Assembly: GCA_038134595.1 (NCBI GenBank)
Contig: JAYPVM010000007.1
Coordinates: 77,634-141,633 of the forward strand
Length of the DNA: 64,000 nucleotides
Reading direction: 5' to 3'
DNA from: Pseudomonadota bacterium
Lineage (GTDB): Bacteria; Bdellovibrionota_C; UBA2361; OMII01
Shown: piece after piece, positions 39,252-48,044 of the stretch
Position numbering within the stretch: the stretch's first letter is position 1
How the letters are laid out: each line of letters opens with the position of its first letter
Notes under the pieces: model-generated
Seen by the model: the letters and a program-made list of their open reading frames with translations, nothing else
Database searches by the model: none
What the model was told of the DNA's origin: nothing
Position numbers and translations under genes: made by a program

Positions 39252-41593
39252 AGGTCTTTTTCACTCTTATAATTAGAATTGTACTTTGAGAAATACGTCA
39301 CATACAGCGACGTCTCACCAAACGAAGCAACATGGGTAAACAACTCAGAATCCTTGTCGAAGCGCTCTTGAATCAGCCTTCGATATGCATTCCTCTCTAT
39401 CTTTCCTACGACAACATAATCCACCCGATAATTGAGAAGCGCCTCGCGAACTTCGTCTATGCTTTCACTCGAGTATATTGTCTTAATCGCCTTTCGACGC
39501 TCCAATGCTGATTGAGACGAAAGTCCTCGCTGTTTAGCATGGTGTTCCCACCCAAGAACTGTTGGCAGTCCTGTATGCATTGCGATGCGAGTATATTCTC
39601 TGTATCCACCACCTTGTGCTTCAACAATTACTGGGGTTCCAGAAACATGGGTATTCAACCAATCGATGAGTGCTGCATCATCCGGATTCATCTCATGAAG
39701 ATATGCCGTTCCGTCAAATGTATAGTGACGAGTTGGCACTCGCTTGCGAGCCACTACCGCATATACATTGACGGCCGTTCCGGCTAACAAAGACACAATC
39801 GTTAGCGCTGTCACAAATTGCGCACATCGTATCATTTTCTTTGATGCGTACTGCTTTAAAAGACCGTAGGCATAATAGGCTCCGACGACTGTTGCAACTC
39901 CCGAAAGGATCCAAACCGCCATATATCCCTTGAATAAAGTATTCATTCTATCAAGCAAGAAAAACACCTCTAGAACGCAAATCAAAATAGAGAATCCGCC
40001 CATAAAAATCGCCAGCACCTTTAGTTCGTAGGCTTCTCTTCGATCCATCCACAACAAAGCACCAGCAACCACACAAACCATAGAGCAAATAACGAAGATT
40101 CCCCACGGCAATGAATGATGTCCAGTAGAGGCGCTCATAACGCCGGGAACCAATGCTAGTAATGCCGCCAGGCACGCCAACAAGCGTTGTCCAGGCGACA
40201 TCCGATATCCAGCTTGGCGAAATCCCCATAATAGACATGCCGAAACTGCGAGAGAACCTAAAAGCCAGTAACCGATAACGCGAACTATTTTAAGCGTTGC
40301 ATTAAATTCCTGCGAACCAGCATAGCCCCATCCCCCTTGGGGATTGAAGGCAACTGCTTTTGTATACAGCCAAACAGTAAGTCCTGTAGCAAATCCAAAC
40401 ACACAGAGATCCCATACCGCCGCCACAACACGTGAGAATCCGACCGATAGTACCACCTCACCGATATACGGTTTGTCATTTTTATCTCGCGGAGGGTCCC
40501 AAAAGAGAGGGACTCGAGCTGCCAGCAATACAACGCCAACTACCCCTCCAAAGGAGATAAAATCCCAGGTATTGCAGCCAAACAAAGCTCCGACGACGAC
40601 ACCAAGAAGAATACGAACCCAAAAGCCTCTCGTGGTGTAGCGTGAATCCGGGTCGAGAGAAATCATTGCCGCTAACACCAACGCTGTAACGGTAAAAGGA
40701 ATAGCTATTACATGAGCATGGAGGTCGGCAAAGAGAAGCGACCAGGACGTGTACTCCAAAAAACTCGGCGACGTAAACACTCGGGTAGACGGCCAAAAAA
40801 CGGTGTCAAAATTAAACGACGTGCCTGACCAGATATTCACTATAATTAGCCGCATCACCTCCGGATTGCTTGCAAATAACAGTAACCATGCACACCAGAA
40901 TGCATATCGACGATTCTTAGTTAATAACACACACAAAGAAAAGAGTGCGCACCCAATCCAGCCGGCAAGAGTCGCCATAGCAAAATTAAAACCATACGCC
41001 ACCGGAATTCCCGACACCTTGAGCAGCGCCGCAATGAAGTACAATCCAAGATAGTAATAGCTCATCGGACTTCCAGAGGCCCACGGGTCTTCTGGCGGAA
41101 GAAAATTGTTCCTTACAAAGAAATTTAAAAACGTAGAATCCATCGGCTTCTCACCCCAAAATATCTCGGGATTTAGAAATCGAATAACTCCATACACGCA
41201 CGTTATTCCTAAGAACACCCCTTCAACCGATGGGCCATACTCTCGAAGAAGTTTCTTAAGCTCCATACGAGAAACAACACCTTTTGAGTAGCCAAGATAT
41301 CCTACAAGCAATAAGACGCAGGAGAGAAAAACTGGCAGGGTGTCTCCCCCAGGATTAATCCCTAAAAGAGTGCAAACCCAAAGACTAGCGGCTAGTAAGA
41401 ACGGTCCAACTAGTTTTGAGATTCCGTATCCTCTATCTGGTGCGCCTGGGCACATCCATGCGACAAAGGGCAAGACTGCAAACGAGAACGCTTCAACAAC
41501 AACTAACCACCATAGAAATGCACCGATACCAAATAGCTCCACAATCACTACTCCAATTTGTTTACCTGAAGCGTTGTCCAAAAGAGGTTGCAA
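39248..41593 (-). CDS. DUF2298 / Chlor_Arch_YYY family membrane protein (paralog 1)
   Basis: DRGYGISK, GEKPMDSTFLN, PPEDPWASGSPMSYYYLG, ADLHAH, NTWDF, DRMNTLFKGY and TGLPTVLGWEHH; ATGA overlap with paralog 2. Confidence 0.92.
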   Translation of the reverse strand: MQPLLDNASGKQIGVVIVELFGIGAFLWWLVVVEAFSFAVLPFVAWMCPGAPDRGYGISKLVGPFLLAASLWVCTLLGINPGGDTLPVFLSCVLLLVGYLGYSKGVVSRMELKKLLREYGPSVEGVFLGITCVYGVIRFLNPEIFWGEKPMDSTFLNFFVRNNFLPPEDPWASGSPMSYYYLGLYFIAALLKVSGIPVAYGFNFAMATLAGWIGCALFSLCVLLTKNRRYAFWCAWLLLFASNPEVMRLIIVNIWSGTSFNFDTVFWPSTRVFTSPSFLEYTSWSLLFADLHAHVIAIPFTVTALVLAAMISLDPDSRYTTRGFWVRILLGVVVGALFGCNTWDFISFGGVVGVVLLAARVPLFWDPPRDKNDKPYIGEVVLSVGFSRVVAAVWDLCVFGFATGLTVWLYTKAVAFNPQGGWGYAGSQEFNATLKIVRVIGYWLLGSLAVSACLLWGFRQAGYRMSPGQRLLACLAALLALVPGVMSASTGHHSLPWGIFVICSMVCVVAGALLWMDRREAYELKVLAIFMGGFSILICVLEVFFLLDRMNTLFKGYMAVWILSGVATVVGAYYAYGLLKQYASKKMIRCAQFVTALTIVSLLAGTAVNVYAVVARKRVPTRHYTFDGTAYLHEMNPDDAALIDWLNTHVSGTPVIVEAQGGGYREYTRIAMHTGLPTVLGWEHHAKQRGLSSQSALERRKAIKTIYSSESIDEVREALLNYRVDYVVVGKIERNAYRRLIQERFDKDSELFTHVASFGETSLYVTYFSKYNSNYKSEKDL

Positions 41594-41703
41594 TCACTTT
41601 GTTTCAAGCGTAACCTTCTAATTCTTTTCGTATATTTTGTACCTCACAGAGCCTCATTAACGCCATCCTTTAAATTATCCCGGTCTCTCCTTTCGCGACA
41701 CTA

Positions 41704-42699
41704 ATGCACGTAATTAACTCAAGCTTTTCACCTCCTATATATCTTCGCTCTCCGCATACTCAAACTATTATTCCTGCACTCCTGAGAGGCCGAAAACAAA
41801 CTCCCGCGGTGACGAACCTGCTTGAATTAAATGATGGGGATTTCTTAGAGACTCGCCTTCACAAACCGGAAAACTGGAACGCTTCACAGAACCCGCTTGT
41901 TATCATCTCGCACGGACTTGAAGGCTCAATGGAGAGCTCCTACATACTCGGACTCGTCAAAACCTTGTTTGATAGTGACATTGCTTCGATCACCTGGAAT
42001 ATGCGTGGCTGTGGAACTACCCCAAATCGCTTAAAAACATGGTACCACAGTGGATACTCATCAGATCTTCGAATTATCGTAAACACCGCCAGAAACCTTT
42101 TTCCCAACACTACATTAATCCTTATAGGGATAAGCATTGGGGGCAATATTACTGTCAAATACTTAGGTGAAGAAGCTAAGCAAGCGACTCAAAACGGCAT
42201 CGTAGGCGCTGCCATCATCTCTGCCCCATTAGACCTAAAAGGCTCCGCTCTCACACTTGCCCTGCCTTCTCGACGAATCTATATGCAATATCTACTACGC
42301 TCCCTAAAGAAGAGAATATACCAAAAACACGCCCAATTTGCTCAAGACATCTCCATCGAATCCTTAGAGCGGATACGATCATTCTACGAGTTTGACAGTC
42401 TCTATACTGCCCCCCTGCACGGCTTTGCATCTGTCGAAGAATACTGGCACGTATCCAGTGGGATACACTTTCTCCCGAAAATCACTATTCCGACTCTACT
42501 ACTTACAGCACAAGACGATCCGTTCTTATCTCCATCGTGCCTTCCCGATAAAGACTCTCTACAATCACCTCACATACTCTTAGAAACCCCGAAATACGGC
42601 GGTCATGTGGGGTTTATCGACTCAATTAACCTCAAACGCACCTGGCTCGACAATCGAATGTTGGCCTTCGTTTCTGAAATCTACTCACCTCCTTTCTGA
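41704..42699 (+). CDS. YheT-like alpha/beta-fold hydrolase
   Basis: PHTQTI, HGLEGS, NMRGC, YHSG, nucleophile elbow GISIGG, AQDDPF and GGHVGF. Confidence 0.92.
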   Translation: MHVINSSFSPPIYLRSPHTQTIIPALLRGRKQTPAVTNLLELNDGDFLETRLHKPENWNASQNPLVIISHGLEGSMESSYILGLVKTLFDSDIASITWNMRGCGTTPNRLKTWYHSGYSSDLRIIVNTARNLFPNTTLILIGISIGGNITVKYLGEEAKQATQNGIVGAAIISAPLDLKGSALTLALPSRRIYMQYLLRSLKKRIYQKHAQFAQDISIESLERIRSFYEFDSLYTAPLHGFASVEEYWHVSSGIHFLPKITIPTLLLTAQDDPFLSPSCLPDKDSLQSPHILLETPKYGGHVGFIDSINLKRTWLDNRMLAFVSEIYSPPF

Positions 42700-42821
42700 G
42701 GACATCTAGAGATATCTACACTATTTCGAAACATTTAGCGCTTTTCCGAGCAACTTTTCTCTACAGCCTTCGATTACTGAATTAAGACTTACGAAACGTG
42801 GGCAACAGGAGGGAAAAAGCA

Positions 42822-43193
42822 ATGATGACAGACTTTAGGACGGGATCGTGGGTAACACTCTCTCGAGACGCGCACACTATACCAGCTGGATGCTATCGCT
42901 TTTACCGTTTTGAGGATGAAATGATGCTTCTAACCGTAGGTCCAGAGATCGTATTAGGCCTGAATTACTCATATTGGAACCAATGGCTTACCCCAGCCAC
43001 ACTAACAGCGACTCGGCCCACTCGACTAAAGGACTTCCTGAAACGTTATGCACACAACGTGCAAGAGATGCACAAAAACGACTACGTATTATCGGCCGAA
43101 AGCATGACATTCTGTTTTATGTCAGCCCATTACTACGCACATATTGCCAGTCAAATAAGCGATAATGAATCGTTCCTTCCGGTAGCTGCATAA
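42822..43193 (+). CDS. Hypothetical protein (123 aa) ending in VAA
   Basis: SD AGGAGG upstream of the ATG; no motif recognised. Confidence 0.7.
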   Translation: MMTDFRTGSWVTLSRDAHTIPAGCYRFYRFEDEMMLLTVGPEIVLGLNYSYWNQWLTPATLTATRPTRLKDFLKRYAHNVQEMHKNDYVLSAESMTFCFMSAHYYAHIASQISDNESFLPVAA

Positions 43194-43431
43194 GAATACA
43201 CAACTTAAGACCTAAAAAGGTTTTATTACATCCCATATGATGCTATCCATTAAAGTCTTATCAGGGTGGTCGCAGTACTTTGAAGCATTATAGATGTGCT
43301 CATAGCTGTCATCCTCGTGGAGATATATATGATCCGGCTTTGCGCCGTTTGAGCTTCTCCAAAATAACATTCGTCCAGAAACTATAACTAATCGGGTAAA
43401 GCTTACTCGCAAAACCGTATTAGGAATAACC

Positions 43432-44748
43432 ATGCAAACCGTTAAAAAAGTGCTCTTGGGTAGTGTCCTGCTCATCGCAATTGCTTCCTCGTATGTGCTC
43501 AGTACTTCACAACCGCACAACAAACTACAAGAGCTTCAAAAGCAACGGCAGAGCATTAAGGACGTCGTGTTTATAGTAGTAGACACGTTACGGGCAGATA
43601 ATCTTCCTTGGCACGGTGGGGAATCATCAACTGCTCCCTTTCTCGCCTCGCTTGCAGAGAAGTCTGTAGTTTTTGATAGAGCATATTCAGGCTGCTCCTC
43701 CACTGCTCCTGCCATGGCTTCTATCTTCACCGGAAGATATCCATCGAGACACGGCGTTATAACTGGTTTGCTGGCCCATCGCCGACTTGCCTCAAAGTCA
43801 CATGACTTAAAATTAAATAGAATACCGAAACGGATACAGACACTCCCAGAGTTTTTTCAGGAAGCGGGCTTTACAACGCTCGGCGTGGCAGACAATTTAA
43901 ACATATCCCACGAAATGGGATTTGCCCAAGGCTTTGATAGCTTAACAACCACCCGAAACGTTGGAGCTGCACAGGTAAACAAAACAGTCCTTGAATGGCA
44001 AAGTCCTGCTCAGAAAAACCGTTTTTTCTATATCCACTATATGGATCCTCACGCTCCTTATGAACGAAAAGAGGCGTGGATTCCCAAAAACAACCAACCA
44101 AAAAATTCACATATCGAGGCATATAAAAGTGAGATCCGTCATGTCGATGAACACATAAAAGCGCTTTTTGCCCGCAAGATTTGGGGCGATGATGCCCTAA
44201 TCGTTTTCGTAGCCGATCACGGCGAAGCTTTTTCCGAACACGAAGCCTCCGGACACGGAAAAAACCTCCATACCGAAGTCGTCCGGGTGCCATTTTTTAT
44301 GTATCACCCAAAGCTCCGCGCTCACCGAGTCAGAAAGACCGTTCATACTGCCGATATTCTGCCAACGCTCGTCGATATCTTCGGATGGATTGCCGATGAA
44401 AACTGGCAGGGTCAATCGCTCCTTAACAAGCAAGCCTACGGTAGACCTATTTACTCTGAGCTCCTCCGCCCTCAGGAACATCCCCGCACATCTGAAGAAT
44501 CTGTTATCGCCGATAGTTATCAACTAATCGTTGCAGGCGAGGACAACAGACAACTTCGTCTCTATGACATCTACAACGACTTGCAACAAGTCAACAATCT
44601 AATAAACGACGAATCTGACAAGGCTCGAGAGCTCCTAGCTCTGTTAAATGAACATCGCAAAAGCTCCCCACAGGATAGCGAAGAAACTGTTATCACAATG
44701 GATGCAGACGGACTCGAGCATTTAAAAACATTGGGATACCTTCAGTAA
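43432..44748 (+). CDS. Sulfatase-like (alkaline phosphatase superfamily) exported enzyme, Thr-type active site
   Basis: N-terminal signal/anchor, VVDTLRAD, STAPAMASIFTGRYP, HYMDPHAPY, ADHGE and C-terminal LKTLGYLQ. Confidence 0.9.
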   Translation: MQTVKKVLLGSVLLIAIASSYVLSTSQPHNKLQELQKQRQSIKDVVFIVVDTLRADNLPWHGGESSTAPFLASLAEKSVVFDRAYSGCSSTAPAMASIFTGRYPSRHGVITGLLAHRRLASKSHDLKLNRIPKRIQTLPEFFQEAGFTTLGVADNLNISHEMGFAQGFDSLTTTRNVGAAQVNKTVLEWQSPAQKNRFFYIHYMDPHAPYERKEAWIPKNNQPKNSHIEAYKSEIRHVDEHIKALFARKIWGDDALIVFVADHGEAFSEHEASGHGKNLHTEVVRVPFFMYHPKLRAHRVRKTVHTADILPTLVDIFGWIADENWQGQSLLNKQAYGRPIYSELLRPQEHPRTSEESVIADSYQLIVAGEDNRQLRLYDIYNDLQQVNNLINDESDKARELLALLNEHRKSSPQDSEETVITMDADGLEHLKTLGYLQ

Positions 44749-44862
44749 ATACCCTTCCGATAAAGATCCTCCAAATTCACCTATACTATAACACCTTGCG
44801 GGTGCTCTCTCTCGTGCAATGTGTCGCTATCCAGACACCATCATTTCGGCTACGATTGAGAC

Positions 44863-46779
44863 ATGGCAAGCGCCTTTAAAACCTACAACACTATCTTCGA
44901 GAACGTCTCGGCACACTCAGGCGCCCTGCTCTCCTTCTTGCCTCTTTTCTTCCTTGTCATCACTGCAGGATTCGGACTCTTATATCGCTCTAGAAAAGAA
45001 GCGTCATCACGCCTTGTCTACCTTAGCCTAGTAGGGATTGTAGTTTATTCGAGCTTGTTTTTCCCCGTGCTCTACAGTTGGGCGAACATCGCTACAATTC
45101 GTCTTATTGGAGTCTTGCTCATCGTCTTATACCCGCCACTTTTCGGCCTCCAAGACAGCTCAAACAATTCGCCAATAAAACACAGAAACAAATTGGCTCT
45201 TGTTATCATTCTAGTAAGTTTTGTCGTCAAATCGATGCACATCGAATCGTGGCCGGCTGTGCTTACTGACTACGGGGCTAGAACAGGTCGAGAGGCACTT
45301 GAGTTTTTACAAAACCCGAATCTCTATCGGCTATTTTCAAGCAAGTCCCGATGGGTATCTGCCGGGGGATCCTCAATCATTCACACCCCGCTATTACTTG
45401 CCAACTTCAAAATATTTGGTCCTGGTACCATCGCGATTCGATTCACCGAAGTACTATTCTCTACCGCAACTCTTGGGCTTTTATGGCTGATTCTAAAACG
45501 AACCACTCACTCCTTTGTAGCACTTACAGGAGTCACACTCTGTGCATTTTCAGCCGAGCACCTTTCCTATTCTCGAATTGGAACGTTCTACTCCGCCTCA
45601 CAGGCCCTGGGCCTTCTCATTCTTTATCTTTGGCTTAAGCTATATGACAACAAGAGCTACAGCAGACCTCTTCTTCTACTAGCAGGTATTTGCACACTTC
45701 TTGCTCCATTTGCATATGCCCCTTCAAAACCTGTAATAATCTTCTCACTCTTTGCCGCACTTTGGTTATACCGGCCTCTATATTCTCCAGCCATTAAATT
45801 CTGGAACAACAAAGCTAGGCTCGGCGTGTTCTTCTTGGCAATTTTGGGCATCGCCTTTGTGATCAATCAATACGTAATCTCGCAGCCTCCATTTACCTAT
45901 CCTGCTGGAACCATACACCAATTAGCTAGCGATACCCCTATCTGGTTTAAATTAGACAGTACTCGCGTAGCTCCAACTCCACAAAGCCTTTTCACATCCA
46001 TTAAAAACGTCTGGGAAAATATCACAATCCTTTTCAATCAAGGCTTAAGGGAAGAAGGGTCATTTGGATTTCACAAGCTCTTTTCGCTGTGCAATCTCGC
46101 ACTACTTCCTCTTTCGTTAATGGGAATATTTTTTAAGAAAACTCGGGTAATCAGCGTATACATCTTTCTCGCCTTCGCTCCTCAAATTATTGTTGCGCCG
46201 CTTCCGCGCCGGAGCATTCTCATGCGCCCATTTATTGGGGTCACACTTGCACTATTTGTCTTTGAATACGTCTCGTGCTTTCGTAAAGTAATCTATCCCC
46301 GCTACAAGAAAATTCTTATTGAAGCACCCCTTTTTCTGTCCTTAGCGATTGTGCCACTCCAGGGCGTCTATTCCTTTACGAAACTCAACGGCCCGGTAGG
46401 AGTCGGTCCTTCTTTTGGTCCAGAATACGTTCAAGACATGTTGATTCACCTCAAAAAACTAGATCCCAAAATACCTCTCGTAATCCTTAATTCATATTGG
46501 GCCTCGGATAAATATCGAATTGCTTTAGCTGACAGGATATTCACTTCACCGAGAAAGAGTGCCCCAGTCTACTTTCGTAACCTGCCCAGAAAATGGTCCA
46601 AAGCTAACATTCCGCACGCCAATGGTCCTGTCTATATAGGAATCTTAAACGAAGATTACAGAAGACAATTAATACCACTGCTAAAAGAGAGAGTGCCACT
46701 CATAACACTACATGCTTACGGAGAAAAAAATCGTATTTACTACTGGATTGGTAGCATCAACGCTCCTTCGCCGGACTAA
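44863..46779 (+). CDS. Polytopic membrane protein, GT-C/ArnT-like
   Basis: About 12 TMs, FGPGTIAIRF, HLSYSR and PRR motifs, soluble C-terminal domain. Confidence 0.65.
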   Translation: MASAFKTYNTIFENVSAHSGALLSFLPLFFLVITAGFGLLYRSRKEASSRLVYLSLVGIVVYSSLFFPVLYSWANIATIRLIGVLLIVLYPPLFGLQDSSNNSPIKHRNKLALVIILVSFVVKSMHIESWPAVLTDYGARTGREALEFLQNPNLYRLFSSKSRWVSAGGSSIIHTPLLLANFKIFGPGTIAIRFTEVLFSTATLGLLWLILKRTTHSFVALTGVTLCAFSAEHLSYSRIGTFYSASQALGLLILYLWLKLYDNKSYSRPLLLLAGICTLLAPFAYAPSKPVIIFSLFAALWLYRPLYSPAIKFWNNKARLGVFFLAILGIAFVINQYVISQPPFTYPAGTIHQLASDTPIWFKLDSTRVAPTPQSLFTSIKNVWENITILFNQGLREEGSFGFHKLFSLCNLALLPLSLMGIFFKKTRVISVYIFLAFAPQIIVAPLPRRSILMRPFIGVTLALFVFEYVSCFRKVIYPRYKKILIEAPLFLSLAIVPLQGVYSFTKLNGPVGVGPSFGPEYVQDMLIHLKKLDPKIPLVILNSYWASDKYRIALADRIFTSPRKSAPVYFRNLPRKWSKANIPHANGPVYIGILNEDYRRQLIPLLKERVPLITLHAYGEKNRIYYWIGSINAPSPD

Positions 46780-46811
46780 TTCCAACGAATCCATCGGATT
46801 ACAGCGCCTCT

Positions 46812-48044
46812 ATGAATCAGTTACCCTCCACATTGTTTCCCGATGCGTCCCGCTCATATGCACTGGCCCAACTAAACTCATTTGCCGCTAGTATGGGGCA
46901 CCTCTATAGCACCACCCGAAACTTTGATTTTGGGCCCACTCAAAGAACGAACGTTTCCTTACTCTCACCGTATATCGGTATGCGCCTCATTCAAGAAGTT
47001 GAGGTCGTGCAAACGGCACTCGCCCATCACTCCTACCAAGCTGCAGAAAAATTTATTCAAGAGGTCTTTTGGCGCACTTATTGGAAGGGGTGGTTAGAGC
47101 TACGGCCGGCTGTATGGAATGAGTTTACACAGGATGTACTAGCTCTTCATAAAGACGGAAACTATCCGAAAGCATACGAGCAGGCTTGTCGCGGAAATAC
47201 CCCTATAGAATGCTTTAATGCATGGGTGAACGAATTAATTACTACTGGCTACCTGCATAACCATGCAAGAATGTGGTTTGCCAGTATTTGGATATTTACC
47301 TTAGGCCTGCCCTGGCAACTCGGTGCTGAATTTTTCTATCGACACCTTCTCGATGGGGATACCGCCTGCAACACACTGAGCTGGCGTTGGGTGGCAGGGC
47401 TGCATACGAGAGGTAAAAACTATCTTGCTACGGCAGATAATATCAAAAAATACACTCAAGGAAAATTCTCTCCCACAGGGCTCGCCGCCTCAGACAGCGC
47501 ATTACCACTCGATACGCTAAACTTTAAAACGTATCCGAAGGAGGCTGACAAAAGCTTTATCTCTGACATAGAGCCGCCGAACAACCAGCCCCTCACGCTT
47601 CTTTTACATGAAGAGGATTTAAGCCCTGAGTTTTCTCCATTAAAAGACTATCCAATCAACTCAATCCTAGCGCTCTCTCCATGCGTCCTGCAGAACCTTG
47701 TTGACCGTGCCTCACCTGTTCTCAAATTTAAGGCACAAGCCATGCAAGATGCGGTGCAGCGAGTCCAATCTCACTTTAATGCAACAGTACAGACAATTGA
47801 GGACGTGAGCGAGCTCTCGCGAGTAATTGACGGAAGTCCTTCTCGACTTGTGATGCTAAAACCCCATCGAGGTTTCCTGCGGCAACTAGTAGAGGAGGTG
47901 ATCCATCTATCGCCTGTTTCAAACAACAAGGTCTACTACGCGACAAGGCAGTGGGACAGATTTCTGCATCCAAAAGCAACCGGCGGTTTTTTTACATTCA
48001 AAAAATCAATCCCTTCTATGATTTCGAGACTGGATTCACACTAA
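46812..48044 (+). CDS. DNA photolyase with inverted domain order (NewPHL-like)
   Basis: FAD-binding domain at the N-terminus ([35 protein letters not shown]...[10 protein letters not shown]), alpha/beta domain at the C-terminus; 410 aa. Confidence 0.88.
   Translation: MNQLPSTLFPDASRSYALAQLNSFAASMGHLYSTTRNFDFGPTQRTNVSLLSPYIGMRLIQEVEVVQTALAHHSYQAAEKFIQEVFWRTYWKGWLELRPAVWNEFTQDVLALHKDGNYPKAYEQACRGNTPIECFNAWVNELITTGYLHNHARMWFASIWIFTLGLPWQLGAEFFYRHLLDGDTACNTLSWRWVAGLHTRGKNYLATADNIKKYTQGKFSPTGLAASDSALPLDTLNFKTYPKEADKSFISDIEPPNNQPLTLLLHEEDLSPEFSPLKDYPINSILALSPCVLQNLVDRASPVLKFKAQAMQDAVQRVQSHFNATVQTIEDVSELSRVIDGSPSRLVMLKPHRGFLRQLVEEVIHLSPVSNNKVYYATRQWDRFLHPKATGGFFTFKKSIPSMISRLDSH

Noticed and set aside
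43100..43300. tmRNA suggested by the tag-like ...DNESFLPVAA (and ...SLAA at 52768)
   Set aside because: There is no GGGG 5' end, T-arm or CCA acceptor end, and the tags terminate ordinary ORFs.
43212..43523. Minus-strand 103-aa ORF containing LHEDD, similar to the GT-C HEDD motif
   Set aside because: It overlaps the sulfatase-like gene start on the opposite strand and has no good SD or TM context; the similarity is probably chance.
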